Of a DNA stretch of 64,000 nucleotides, positions 8,270 to 17,814 are shown in pieces. The notes under the pieces were generated by a model. It did not search any database and was not told the origin of the DNA. It saw only the letters and a program-made list of their open reading frames with translations. Origin of the DNA: Candidatus Multivorans sp. Lineage in GTDB: Bacteria; Acidobacteriota; Thermoanaerobaculia; Multivoradales; Multivoraceae. Within the stretch, counting starts at the first letter, position 1; the number at the start of each line of letters is the position of its first letter. The translations under genes were made by a program, and so were the position numbers. The stretch covers positions 640,001 to 704,000 of the forward strand of contig OZ245033.1 of NCBI GenBank assembly GCA_965224025.1, read 5' to 3'.

Positions 8270-10051
8270 ATGAGCTGGTTCGCGACCATTGCCTCGCGTC
8301 CGCTTGTTCGTCGCCTGATCGCCGGCTGCCTCGCCCCCGCCGTCCTGCTCGGAGTCGCCTGCACCGGGGCTGAATCGGCGCGCGATGCCGAGGGCACTTC
8401 GGCCTGGAGCCTTGAAGGCAAGGCGCTGGCAGCGGAAGGGGAGCACGGGATGGTCGTCAGTGGTCATGGTCTGGCCTCCGAAGCCGGCGCCCGCGTCCTG
8501 GAACGGGGCGGCAACGCGATCGACGCGGCGGTGGCGGTCGGCTTCGCCCTGGCGGCGGTGCTGCCGGCTGCGGGCAACATCGGCGGCGGCGGCTTCCTGG
8601 TCCACCGGTCGAACGACGGCGAGATCCGCGCGCTCGACTACCGCGAGAAGGCGCCCGGAGCCGCCACCCGGGACATGTTCCTCGACGACAATGGCAAGGT
8701 CACCGAAAGCGCGGTCATCGGCCATCTTGCGGCCGGCGTGCCCGGATCCGTGGCCGGGCTGTGGGAGATGCACCGGGGGTACGGCTCCATGGCCTGGGTC
8801 GATCTGGTGGCCCCCGCGATCGAGTTTGCCCGCGGCCACGAGGTCGACGAGGTCCGGTCGCGGAGCCTCGGGTCGGCGGCCGAACGGCTCAACCGGTTTC
8901 CGGCCAGCGCCGAGCAGTTCCTGAACGCTGGCGAGGCGCCGGCGCCGGGGACGCTGCTGGAACAGCCCGACCTGGCAGCCACCCTGACGGCGATCGCCGA
9001 GCAGGGTCCGGACGGCTTCTACCGTGGCCCGGTCGCCGACCTGATCGTGGCCGAGATGGAGAGGGGCGGAGGCCTCATTTCGCACCAGGATCTCGCGGAC
9101 TACGCGCCGGTCTGGCGGGCGCCGGTCGAGGTCGAGTACCGCGGCCACACGATTTACTCCATGCCGCCGGTTTCGTCCGGCGGCTTGACCCTGGGCCTGA
9201 TCCTGAACGTGCTGGAGGGCTGGGATTCCCTGCCTCCGTTCGGCAGCGCCGAGCTGATCCACCTGGAGGCCGAAACGATGCGGCTCGCGTTCCGTGACCG
9301 CAACACGTTGCTCGGCGACCCGGACTTCGTCGACGTGCCGCGGGCCCAGTTCGAGTCCCAGGACTACGCCGGCGGGCTGCGGGCGCAAATCGATCCGGAC
9401 CGGGCGCAGCCGCTGCCACCGGTCGAGGTGGCGCCGCCGCGGGAAAGCACCGAGACGACGCACTACTCCGTGGTGGACCGCTGGGGCAACGCGGCCTCGA
9501 TCACCACCACGATCAACAGCGGCTACGGCAACGCGGTCACGGTCACCGGCGCCGGGTTCCTGCTCAACAACGAGATGGACGACTTCGCGGCCTCGCCGGG
9601 CCAGCCGAACCAGTTCGGGTTGGTGGAGGGCGAGAACAACGCGATCGTCCCCGGCAAACGGATGCTGTCGTCGATGACCCCGAGCATCGTCCTCGACCCG
9701 GAGGGCGAACTGATGATGGTTGTGGGCACCCCCGGCGGCCCGACGATCATCACCACCGTCTACCACGTGATCTCGAACGTTATCGACCACGGCATGACCC
9801 TGCGGGAGGCGGTCGAGAGTCCGCGGGTGCATCATCAGGCGTGGCCGGACCAGGTGTTCTACGAGGAAGGCGGTCTTTCCGCCGAAACGCTCGAGGGTCT
9901 GGCCGCGCGCGGCCACGAGCTGTTCGAGCGCGGCTTGAGCGGCGACGTGTCGGCGATCCGGGTGAGGGAAGAGGCGCTCGTCGGCGTCGCCGATCCGCGG
10001 CGGGGAGGCGGCGTCAGCGCGCCGCGGGGAGAGGCGCCCGCGGGCGGGTAG
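8270..10051 (+). CDS. ggt: Gamma-glutamyltransferase (likely lipoprotein)
   Basis: GGNAIDAAVA, GNIGGGGF, DYREKAP, autocleavage ETTHYSVVD, LNNEMDDF, PGKRMLSSMTP, GTPGG; lipobox-like LLGVAC. Confidence 0.95.
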   Translation: MSWFATIASRPLVRRLIAGCLAPAVLLGVACTGAESARDAEGTSAWSLEGKALAAEGEHGMVVSGHGLASEAGARVLERGGNAIDAAVAVGFALAAVLPAAGNIGGGGFLVHRSNDGEIRALDYREKAPGAATRDMFLDDNGKVTESAVIGHLAAGVPGSVAGLWEMHRGYGSMAWVDLVAPAIEFARGHEVDEVRSRSLGSAAERLNRFPASAEQFLNAGEAPAPGTLLEQPDLAATLTAIAEQGPDGFYRGPVADLIVAEMERGGGLISHQDLADYAPVWRAPVEVEYRGHTIYSMPPVSSGGLTLGLILNVLEGWDSLPPFGSAELIHLEAETMRLAFRDRNTLLGDPDFVDVPRAQFESQDYAGGLRAQIDPDRAQPLPPVEVAPPRESTETTHYSVVDRWGNAASITTTINSGYGNAVTVTGAGFLLNNEMDDFAASPGQPNQFGLVEGENNAIVPGKRMLSSMTPSIVLDPEGELMMVVGTPGGPTIITTVYHVISNVIDHGMTLREAVESPRVHHQAWPDQVFYEEGGLSAETLEGLAARGHELFERGLSGDVSAIRVREEALVGVADPRRGGGVSAPRGEAPAGG

Positions 10052-10120
10052 CGGGCCGCGCATGAGTGCTCGGCGCTTCCTGGCTGCGGAGACGTCACGC
10101 CGCGTGGTTGGCGAGATCCC

Positions 10121-13100
10121 ATGAGTGGCCGGCGCATCTTCGCCGCGGTGACGGTCGGTCACCTCGGAATCGACATCTTCAACAGCATGGGGCCGGTGCT
10201 GCTGGCCTTCCTGAAGGCGCCGCTCGGCTTGAGCGCCGCGCAGATCGGGCTTGCGGTGGGACTGTTCCAGGTCCTGGCCGGCACCACGCAGCCGGCCTTC
10301 GGCTGGCTGGTCGACCGGGTCGGCAGCCGCTTCCTGGGACCGTTCAGCGTCGCCTTCAACCTGGGGTGCATGGCGCTGGCGGTCGCTGCCGCCGCCGCGA
10401 CGGGGAGCTTCGGGCTGTTCCTCATTCCGTTCGCCCTCGCCGCGGTCGCCTCCGGCGCCTTCCATCCCCTGGGCGTGATGCACTCCAGTACGGTGAACGT
10501 GGCCCGCTCGGCCACGTTCACCGCCATCTTCTTCTTCTGCGGTCAGGTCGGGCTCACGACCGGGCCGTACCTGGCGGGGCTGGCTCTTGACCGGGCGGGG
10601 CTGACCGGGATCTTCTGGCTCGTGCTGATCGTGGCGCCCGTGCCTCTGTTCATGGCCTTCGCGATGGGGCCGCGACGATTCCACGCGGCGCCCCTGGCGG
10701 CGCAGCCGGAGGAGAAGCCGGAGGCTGCCGGTTCCGGAACTCCCGGCCCGCGGCCCCCCGTGCGGGTCGGGTTGATGGCCCTCCTGGCCCTCGTGTTCGC
10801 CAGCCGGTCCTGGGCGGTTTTCGGAACGATCGCGTTTCTTCCCCTCCTGCTGGCCGAACAGGGCTTCAGCTCCAGAGCCCAGGGACTCGCCAGCGGCATG
10901 TTTCTGCTGGGCGGCGCGGTGACCGCCGTCTTCGCCGGGGAATGGGCTGACCGCTGGGGTCGACGTCCGGTGGTCTTCCTGACCACGTTGCTCGGCGCCC
11001 TGCTCCTGGTCTTCCTGCCCGGCTCCGGCAACTGGACCTTTGCGCTGGCGCTGCCGTGCGGGGCCCTGCTGGGAGCGTCGCACTCGATTCTGATCGTCAT
11101 GGCCCAGTCGCTGCTGCCCTGGCGCCGGGGCCTGGCCTCGGGGACGGCGCTCGGCTTCCTGTTCGCGACCGGCGGGATCGCCACCTGGACGATCGGGGAA
11201 CTCGCCGATCGCTTCGAACTGGCCGCCGTGCTGCAGGCCGGCGCCGTCGTGGGCCTCGTGTCCGCCTGCGCCTCGCTGCTCCTGCCGAAACGGGAGCCGG
11301 CGCGACTGGCCGCGGCGCCGGCGGTTACGGCGGTGGTCGTGCTCGCGGTCGCGGCTTCGGTTCTTGCCTCGCCGCGACCGGCGTGGGCCCAGTTGAACGG
11401 CGAGATCAACGGGCAGGTGCGGAACGAGGCCACCGGAGAGCCTCTCGCCGGAGCCGAGATAAGAATCACGGGGGAGCAGTTGTACAGCCCGAGGATCGTC
11501 CGTGTCGGTGCCGGCGGCGGTTACCGGGCGCCGGGGCTGCCGCCCGGCAGCTACGGCGTGGAGGCGAGCCTGGAGGGGTTTGCGACCTCCGCGGCGGAGA
11601 ACCTGATCCTGGTCACCGGCGGTGTGCTGAGGGTCGACTTCGGTCTTCGCGCCGGCGGAGCCTCGAGTCTCGACTTCGTGTCGTCGCCCCTGCTCGACAT
11701 GGTCACCGGCAGCGACGGCAACGTTCTGACCGGAGACGACCTGCGGGAACTGCCCGGCTCGACGGCGGCGGTGAACCTGGACCTCGCCACGGGTCTGGAC
11801 GCGGTTGCCGGCGGACTGGCGGTCAGCGGCTGGTCTCCCGGACTCGCCAACTATCGGATCGACGGACAGGAAACGGCCATCGCTACCCGCGAAGCGACAG
11901 CGGTGGACCTCCATTGGGTCGATCAGGTACGCGTGCGGACGATGGACTTCGGGGCGGCTCTGGCCGGCCCGCACATCGACCTGATCACGCGGACCGGCGA
12001 CACGGCCTGGCGGGTGAACGGCGGCCTGTCGGCTGTCGAGCCGCTGGACCGGGCCGAGAGGCCGGCTCTGCGCCAGCAGGCCGGTGAGCAGGTTTCCTTC
12101 GGCGGCACCGACAGCAGGAAGATCTTCGGCGAAGAGGCCTACGTCTTCGTCGGCGGACCTCTGCGCGACGAGCGCGCGAGGGCGTTCGGCGGCCATTCGG
12201 TGGGCCGGGCCAGCGGCGTCTTCGATCTGTTCCTGGCCGGCGCGCCACTGACATGGCGGGAGACGACGGAGCTGTCGGTGGGCAAACTGGACTGGTGGGC
12301 CGGTTCGGCCAGCAACCTGAGCCTCAAGCATCACGAGGGGTCCACGGAACTGGATGGCCGTCGGCCCGCCCTGCTGGTGCTTCCCGACGGCGACGGTGTC
12401 GAGAGCAGGCGTTCCAGTCACCAGACGACGAGTCTGAACATCGAGTGGGGCATCACGGATCGGCTGTGGCTCCGGCTCTTCGGCGGCCGCTCCGACCTTC
12501 GCGATCGCGCCGATCCCTGGCAGGACACGGGCGCCTACTTCGTGGCGCCGGCCCCGGGTTTCGTCGCGGGCTCTTTGCGCCCCCGGGCCGCGGGCCCGCT
12601 GCGGCGGTTGGCGGCTCGCCGGAACTGGGCCGTGGAACCGTCGTTCTTCCTGTTCGATCACACGCTGGAGGTCGGCGTTCAGGGTACCCGCGGCGATCTG
12701 CAACTGCTGCGCTCCGATCATCCGGGACGGGAACTGCGGATTCCCGGCGGCCCCCTGCCGGACTGGCGCGGCGAGCCTCTCGGAGCGGGCGGTTTGCGGC
12801 AGGAGAAGCGGGCGCTCTATGTCCAGGACGCCTGGCGCCTGGCGGGAGTGTTCGACAGGCGCCTGACTCTGCATCTCGGCTTGCGCGCCGAGAAGGAGTC
12901 GACCGGGCCGCTCGAACTCGGCCTCGGCGATCGCACGGAACCCCGGATGGGCTTCGTCTGGGACGTCACCGAACGCGGCAAGTGGAAGGTCTACGGAGGC
13001 GCTGCCTGGTGGCACGTGGACGCCTACCGCCCCGTAGCCGGTCTAGCGGGCATCGACGGACTCGCGGCATTGCGGACGGCGGGATACTCCGGTTCGCCCC

Positions 13101-14068
13101 TGGTCTTCGAGCATGCCGCCGTCGATTCCGACCTGCGTCCCGGGCGGGTGCGGGAGGTCCAGTTGGGAACGAGATACCAGTTTCTGCCGGACGTGGTGAT
13201 TTCCGCGCGCCTTGCCCGTCGCCGGCTGCGCGACGGCATCCGGCTGGTTCCGGTGGAAGATGGCGGCGCGATCGTGCCGACGCTCCTGACGCCCGGCTTG
13301 GGCGCCGGTATGGGCGCCTGGGGAGGCGCGAGCCGCGATCTGCCGCGGCTGCAGCAGGACTGGTGGGGCGCCGAGCTCGGCGCGAACGTCGGTTTCGACC
13401 CGGCCTGGCGCGTTCACTTCACCTATCTTCTGAGTCGGCTTACGGGCAACCACGAGGCCGGCGGCCTGGCGCTCCAGGCCTTCAGTGGCACGGATGTTCA
13501 TCCGGGCGTGGCGGCGTTGGACCTCTGCTCGTCGCCGGTGCCCTGTGACGTCTTCGACGTGACAAACGAGAGTCGGCGCCTCGGAGTCGACCGCGAGCAC
13601 CAGCTCGCCGGCTGGCTCGTGCTGTCTCCCGGCGACCGGTTGGTTGCGGCCCTCGTCTACCGGTTCCGCACCGGCGGGTCGTACGTTCCGCGGACCATGG
13701 CGGTACGGGTCGACGAGGAGAACCGGATTCTCAGCACCGGACTCGCTCCGTTGCCTCCCGGTCCGGAGACACCGGTCAAGAGTTCGGACCTGAAGCGGGC
13801 GGACCTCGCGGTGACTCTGCGCATCCCCCTGCGCTCCGAGCATCGGCGGCTCGCGTTCTTCGCCGAGGCGCTGAACATCTTCGACCAGGACGCCGCCACC
13901 GAGCTCTGGCCCCTCGCCTACTTCGACCCGGTGCTGATCGGCGCTGGGGCCGGAAGCGCCGCGGACGCCGTCGCCGAGCAGCAGCCCAGGCGGGACGGCC
14001 GGGAAGGCCTCCCGGCAGCGTTCCAGAACAGCCGGCGGGTGCGGGCCGGGTTGCGGCTCCAGTTCTGA
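10121..14068 (+). CDS. Fusion of an Fsr-like MFS transporter, an internal signal peptide and an Oar-type TonB-dependent outer-membrane receptor
   Basis: MFS motifs GWLVDRVGSR, GAFHP and GEWADRWGRR. Then KREPAR-hydrophobic-AWA|Q, a carboxypeptidase-regulatory-like domain (GQVRNEATGEPLAGAEI...GLPPGSY), a plug (NYRIDG...IDLITRTG), a barrel (ALYVQDAW...LTLHLGLR) and C-terminal RVRAGLRLQF. One uninterrupted frame. Confidence 0.85.
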   Translation: MSGRRIFAAVTVGHLGIDIFNSMGPVLLAFLKAPLGLSAAQIGLAVGLFQVLAGTTQPAFGWLVDRVGSRFLGPFSVAFNLGCMALAVAAAAATGSFGLFLIPFALAAVASGAFHPLGVMHSSTVNVARSATFTAIFFFCGQVGLTTGPYLAGLALDRAGLTGIFWLVLIVAPVPLFMAFAMGPRRFHAAPLAAQPEEKPEAAGSGTPGPRPPVRVGLMALLALVFASRSWAVFGTIAFLPLLLAEQGFSSRAQGLASGMFLLGGAVTAVFAGEWADRWGRRPVVFLTTLLGALLLVFLPGSGNWTFALALPCGALLGASHSILIVMAQSLLPWRRGLASGTALGFLFATGGIATWTIGELADRFELAAVLQAGAVVGLVSACASLLLPKREPARLAAAPAVTAVVVLAVAASVLASPRPAWAQLNGEINGQVRNEATGEPLAGAEIRITGEQLYSPRIVRVGAGGGYRAPGLPPGSYGVEASLEGFATSAAENLILVTGGVLRVDFGLRAGGASSLDFVSSPLLDMVTGSDGNVLTGDDLRELPGSTAAVNLDLATGLDAVAGGLAVSGWSPGLANYRIDGQETAIATREATAVDLHWVDQVRVRTMDFGAALAGPHIDLITRTGDTAWRVNGGLSAVEPLDRAERPALRQQAGEQVSFGGTDSRKIFGEEAYVFVGGPLRDERARAFGGHSVGRASGVFDLFLAGAPLTWRETTELSVGKLDWWAGSASNLSLKHHEGSTELDGRRPALLVLPDGDGVESRRSSHQTTSLNIEWGITDRLWLRLFGGRSDLRDRADPWQDTGAYFVAPAPGFVAGSLRPRAAGPLRRLAARRNWAVEPSFFLFDHTLEVGVQGTRGDLQLLRSDHPGRELRIPGGPLPDWRGEPLGAGGLRQEKRALYVQDAWRLAGVFDRRLTLHLGLRAEKESTGPLELGLGDRTEPRMGFVWDVTERGKWKVYGGAAWWHVDAYRPVAGLAGIDGLAALRTAGYSGSPLVFEHAAVDSDLRPGRVREVQLGTRYQFLPDVVISARLARRRLRDGIRLVPVEDGGAIVPTLLTPGLGAGMGAWGGASRDLPRLQQDWWGAELGANVGFDPAWRVHFTYLLSRLTGNHEAGGLALQAFSGTDVHPGVAALDLCSSPVPCDVFDVTNESRRLGVDREHQLAGWLVLSPGDRLVAALVYRFRTGGSYVPRTMAVRVDEENRILSTGLAPLPPGPETPVKSSDLKRADLAVTLRIPLRSEHRRLAFFAEALNIFDQDAATELWPLAYFDPVLIGAGAGSAADAVAEQQPRRDGREGLPAAFQNSRRVRAGLRLQF

Positions 14069-14104
14069 TTGATCTACCCGGCGGGGGAGAGGGGCGTCAG
14101 CGCC

Positions 14105-14491
14105 CTACCACGAGATCCGCACCGGATACTGGGAGACCAGCCTGTCCGGTGTGACCAGCGTCATCCCGTGCTCGATCGCCTGGCAGATCAGTAGGCGGTC
14201 GAAGGGGTCCTTGTGGAGGGGCGGGAGACGTTGTAGCTGCAGAGCGCTCGCTTCATCGAAGGGAAGGCTCTCAAAACCGTGGCGCCTGCGCTGTTCGGGC
14301 ACGAAGAGCTGAGGATCCTGTGGTAACGGCAATCGGCCGAGTCCGTGTTTCACGGCGATTTCCCAAGCCGATGATGCGCTGAGATATACGGTGTACGCCG
14401 GGTCGGACACGGAGCTTCGGACGGTCGCCGGCAGCCTGCGGTCATCCAGGCACCACCAGAGGAAGGTGCAGGTGTCGAGTAGCAGCTTCAC
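14105..14491 (-). CDS. vapC: VapC PIN-domain toxin
   Basis: GTG start overlapping the antitoxin stop; LLLDTCTFLW, SAWEIAVK, HKDPFDRLLICQA. Confidence 0.92.
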   Translation of the reverse strand: MKLLLDTCTFLWWCLDDRRLPATVRSSVSDPAYTVYLSASSAWEIAVKHGLGRLPLPQDPQLFVPEQRRRHGFESLPFDEASALQLQRLPPLHKDPFDRLLICQAIEHGMTLVTPDRLVSQYPVRISW

Positions 14492-14745
14492 TCGCCGGGG
14501 AAGACCGGTCCGTTCTCGAAGGCTTCGATGAAGTCGTCCGGCAGCGGATCGAAGAACGACTCCGGGATCGTGAACTGTCCGCGGCACAGTCCAATGGGTC
14601 GGGGCTTCTTGCGCTCCCGCGGCAGCGGCCGGATCTCGGCGACCGGCTTGTTGCGACGGCAGAGGATGATCGTCTCGCCTTCCTTGAGTTCGGCGATGTG
14701 GTGGGACAGGTGGGTCTTCGCTTCGTGCATGTTGAGGCGCTTCAT
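14488..14745 (-). CDS. Phd/YefM-family antitoxin
   Basis: LNMHEAKTHLS...GETIILCRRNKPVAEI...FFDPLPDD; directly upstream of the PIN gene. Confidence 0.9.
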   Translation of the reverse strand: MKRLNMHEAKTHLSHHIAELKEGETIILCRRNKPVAEIRPLPRERKKPRPIGLCRGQFTIPESFFDPLPDDFIEAFENGPVFPGE

Positions 14746-14922
14746 GGTTGGAAACCTAGTTCAGTAGTGGCTCGATGTCAACATCGGGCGACTGAACCCG
14801 CAGCTCGGCAGCGGCCGCAGGCCTTGCGGCCGGCGCGTCTTTCCAGCCGCCTGCGGCGGCAGCCGGCGGGGACGCCGGTGCAGTCGGTCCGCAGCCAGAT
14901 CCCTCGGCGATCACCCGGATTG

Positions 14923-17649
14923 CTACACTAGGCCGCTCAACCGCCGGAGCGCCGCCAGCAGGTCGGGCTTCTTCGTCAACACACCGCGCAGCGGGTCGGT
15001 CTTGAGCTTCTTCAACCGTTCGGGCAGCGACCGGATGTCGTGGTTTCGCAGGTCGAGGCCGGGTTTGACCTCGGACCAGCGGAGCGGCGTCGAGACCGGG
15101 GCGGCGGGCAACGGCCTGACGCTGAACGGGGCGACGAGCAACCGGCCGCGGCCGTTCTGGACGAAATCGATGTAGACCCTGCCGCCGCGGCGTTCGGGGT
15201 TGCGGGTGACGGTGGCGATGTCGGGCAACTGGCGGCAGATGATCTGGGCGATGAGTTGGCCGAGGCCGCGGGACTGTTCGAAGGTGCAGGCGCCGCCGAG
15301 CGGCAGGAGCACGTGCAGGCCGCTTGAACCGCTGGTCTTGACGAAGCTGGGCAGCTTGATCCGCCGGCACAGGCGGCGGATGGCCACGGCGATCTTGATC
15401 ACGTCCTCGAACGGGGCGTCCTTGGGGTCGAGGTCGAGGATGCACCAGTCGGGCTGGCCGAGCTGGTGCAGCCGGCTCGACCAGACGTGGAGGACGATCG
15501 CGCCCAGGTTGGCGATGTAGATCAGGCTCTCCCGGTCTTGGCAGACGAAGTAGTCGACTTCCTTGTCCGTTCGCGGGCTGACGAGCTTGACCGTGTGCAG
15601 CCAGTCGGGCGCGAAGTCGGGTGCGTTCTTCTGGAAGAACGATTTGCCATCGATTCCGTCGGGGTAGCGGGTCATCACCAGCGGACGGTCGGTGAGGTAG
15701 GGCTGCATCGCGTCGGCGATGGCGGCGTAGAAGTCGATCAGGTCGCCTTTGGTGTAGCCCTCGGCGGGCCAGAACACCTTGGACCTGTTCGTCACCTCGA
15801 CGCGGCGCTCGGGCGGTGGCGGCGGGTCGGTGCCCGGGGCTCGCGGCCCGGCGCGGCGCACGCAGTCCTCGATCGGCTTGTCGTCCCGCAGCCGGAGGAA
15901 GACCGGGTGCCGGAGCATGCCGTGGGGCGTCCACTCCTTGTAGCGGACCTCGCAGATCAGTTCCGGGTTCGGATCGATCCAGGTCTGGTCTTCGATCCGG
16001 CCGTCCAGGAGATCGTCGTCGGTGAGAACGGCCGCGGCCGGCGGGTCCGTCGACGGCGAACCGCAGGAGTTCGGGGTTGTCGGGGAGGCGTTCGCGCTCG
16101 CGGGGCTCGCCTGAGCGTCCTCGACCCCTCGCGGCGCGCGGCAGGGCGGGGTTTCGCGGCGCAGCGTGCCCAGGCGTTCCGCCAGCTCCGCCAGGTCCGC
16201 ATCGCTGAAGCCCGTGCCGACACGCCCGGCGTAGACCAGTCCACCCTGCTCGCCGCTGCCCGGCCGTCCAGGTGCGAGCTCCGGGTCCCAGACGGCGAGG
16301 TGCAGCGAGCCCAAGCCGACCCGGCTGCCCTTGGGAGGCGACATGCCGACGATCACGAGGTCGGCCGTCTGCTCGGTGCGGAGCTTGACCCACGACGACG
16401 AGCGGCGGCCGACGTAGAGGGAGTCGCCGTCCTTGGCCATCGCTCCCTCGAGTCCCATGGCCGTCACCTGCTCGAAGAACGCCTCGCCCCGTTCCTCGAT
16501 GTGGTCCGAGTAACGGAGCGGTCCGGCCGGGGGCAGCACCTTCGCCAGCAGGGCCTTGCGTTCCAGGAGCGGCAGCGACCGCAGGTCCGATCCCTCGAAC
16601 GCCACGAGATCGAAGGCGAACAGGGTCGCGGGCCGGCGCACCGCGGCTCGTTCGATGTCGACCGGGCGGCTGAGCAGGGCGCGCGTCTGCAACCGGGCGA
16701 AGCTCGGCCTGCCGCCGACGTTGAGGACCGTGACCTCGCCGTCCAGGACGAGAGACCGCACCGGCAGCGCCCGCAGGGACCGGGTGAGCTCCGGGTAGAG
16801 CGCGGTCACGTCGCCGCCGTTCCGGTAGCGAAGGAAGACGCTGCCGCCTTCCTTCGCCGCCACCAGCCGGTAGCCGTCGTACTTCAACTCGTAGATCCAG
16901 CCTTCGCGGGAGAACGGCCGGTCGCCGGTGACCGCGAGCATCAACGGCAGCGAGCGCGGATCGACCCGCCGGCGGCGCGCTTCCGAGGCGCCGACCTCGA
17001 CGCGAACCTCCTCGATTCGCTCGCAGCCGTCCCGGAGCTCCTCGACGGTCAGGCCGGAGAGCACGGACTGCTGCGCCAGGTCGTCCTCGCCGCCGTCCGC
17101 GCCGGCCCCGTCGTTCGCACCGTCGCCCGATTGCGGCCGCGCGGCGGCGTCCGGCTTCTTCATCAGCAACCACTGGCTGCCGTCCTCCGTCTGGCGGCGG
17201 CCGTCGGTGCGGAACAGGGTCCAGACGCCGCGCAACTTGTAGCCGTGGAGTTCAAAGAGGAGCTTGCCGTTCTCCATGCCGGCGACCGGGTCCTCGAGCG
17301 GCCTCCAGCGCCCGCCGTCCCACACGATCATCGCCCCGGCGCCGTAGTTGCCGGCGGGGATCGATCCCTCGAAGTCGGCGTACTCCAGCGGGTGGTCCTC
17401 GGTGGCCACCGCCAGACGCTTGACCTCGGGGTCGAGGCTGGGCCCCCTCGGTACGGCCCAGGACTTCAGCGTGCCTTCGAGTTCCAGGCGCAGGTCGAAG
17501 TGGACGCGGCGGGCGGCGTGCTTCTGGACCACGAAGCGGCCGGCGCCGGTCCCCGTCGCGGGACCGAAAGGCTCCGGCGTCGCCTCGCTCGATCGCTTGC
17601 GGCGGTAGGCCTCGAGATTGCCGCTGTGCGGGCCAGGCATCCGCGGCAT
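14923..17649 (-). CDS. ligD: DNA ligase D (phosphoesterase-ligase-polymerase), NHEJ
   Basis: PE domain FVVQKHAARRVHFDLRLE...EDHPLEY; ligase ELKYDGYR; polymerase RYPDGIDG..FFQK, ILDLDP, KTSGSSGLH. Confidence 0.95.
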   Translation of the reverse strand: MPRMPGPHSGNLEAYRRKRSSEATPEPFGPATGTGAGRFVVQKHAARRVHFDLRLELEGTLKSWAVPRGPSLDPEVKRLAVATEDHPLEYADFEGSIPAGNYGAGAMIVWDGGRWRPLEDPVAGMENGKLLFELHGYKLRGVWTLFRTDGRRQTEDGSQWLLMKKPDAAARPQSGDGANDGAGADGGEDDLAQQSVLSGLTVEELRDGCERIEEVRVEVGASEARRRRVDPRSLPLMLAVTGDRPFSREGWIYELKYDGYRLVAAKEGGSVFLRYRNGGDVTALYPELTRSLRALPVRSLVLDGEVTVLNVGGRPSFARLQTRALLSRPVDIERAAVRRPATLFAFDLVAFEGSDLRSLPLLERKALLAKVLPPAGPLRYSDHIEERGEAFFEQVTAMGLEGAMAKDGDSLYVGRRSSSWVKLRTEQTADLVIVGMSPPKGSRVGLGSLHLAVWDPELAPGRPGSGEQGGLVYAGRVGTGFSDADLAELAERLGTLRRETPPCRAPRGVEDAQASPASANASPTTPNSCGSPSTDPPAAAVLTDDDLLDGRIEDQTWIDPNPELICEVRYKEWTPHGMLRHPVFLRLRDDKPIEDCVRRAGPRAPGTDPPPPPERRVEVTNRSKVFWPAEGYTKGDLIDFYAAIADAMQPYLTDRPLVMTRYPDGIDGKSFFQKNAPDFAPDWLHTVKLVSPRTDKEVDYFVCQDRESLIYIANLGAIVLHVWSSRLHQLGQPDWCILDLDPKDAPFEDVIKIAVAIRRLCRRIKLPSFVKTSGSSGLHVLLPLGGACTFEQSRGLGQLIAQIICRQLPDIATVTRNPERRGGRVYIDFVQNGRGRLLVAPFSVRPLPAAPVSTPLRWSEVKPGLDLRNHDIRSLPERLKKLKTDPLRGVLTKKPDLLAALRRLSGLV

Positions 17650-17796
17650 TCTCCCAGAAGCTGGACTGTCCGGAGTGTCGGACCATCTCGCCGGGCTCCG
17701 GGAACGCGGTCGTCTTGCCCGAATCCGGTGCGAGCGCCGGACTCTGGGATTGTCCTGTCAACGGAGCTTGCGGACACCACCGCCGAGCGGTTTCGA

Positions 17797-17805
17797 TGCT
17801 ATGCT
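17797..17805 (+). promoter_or_regulatory. Putative extended -10 (TGcTATGCT) for a near-leaderless ku transcript
   Basis: TGnTATGCT ends 9 nt before ATG 17815; no Shine-Dalgarno present. Confidence 0.4.
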
Positions 17806-17814
17806 TCGCCGTCT

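Noticed and set aside
9345-9362. GTTCGAGTCCC tRNA T-arm-like motif
   Set aside because: Inside the ggt coding sequence and no cloverleaf can be formed.
8267-13015. 1582-aa minus-strand ORF, and other long antisense ORFs such as 40544-43558 and 47023-49101
   Set aside because: Shadow frames of real genes in high-GC DNA; Arg/Gly/Pro-rich with no recognisable motifs.
15466-17814. Apparent 780-aa N-terminal extension of Ku
   Set aside because: Antisense to ligD; Ku homology starts at ATG 17815.
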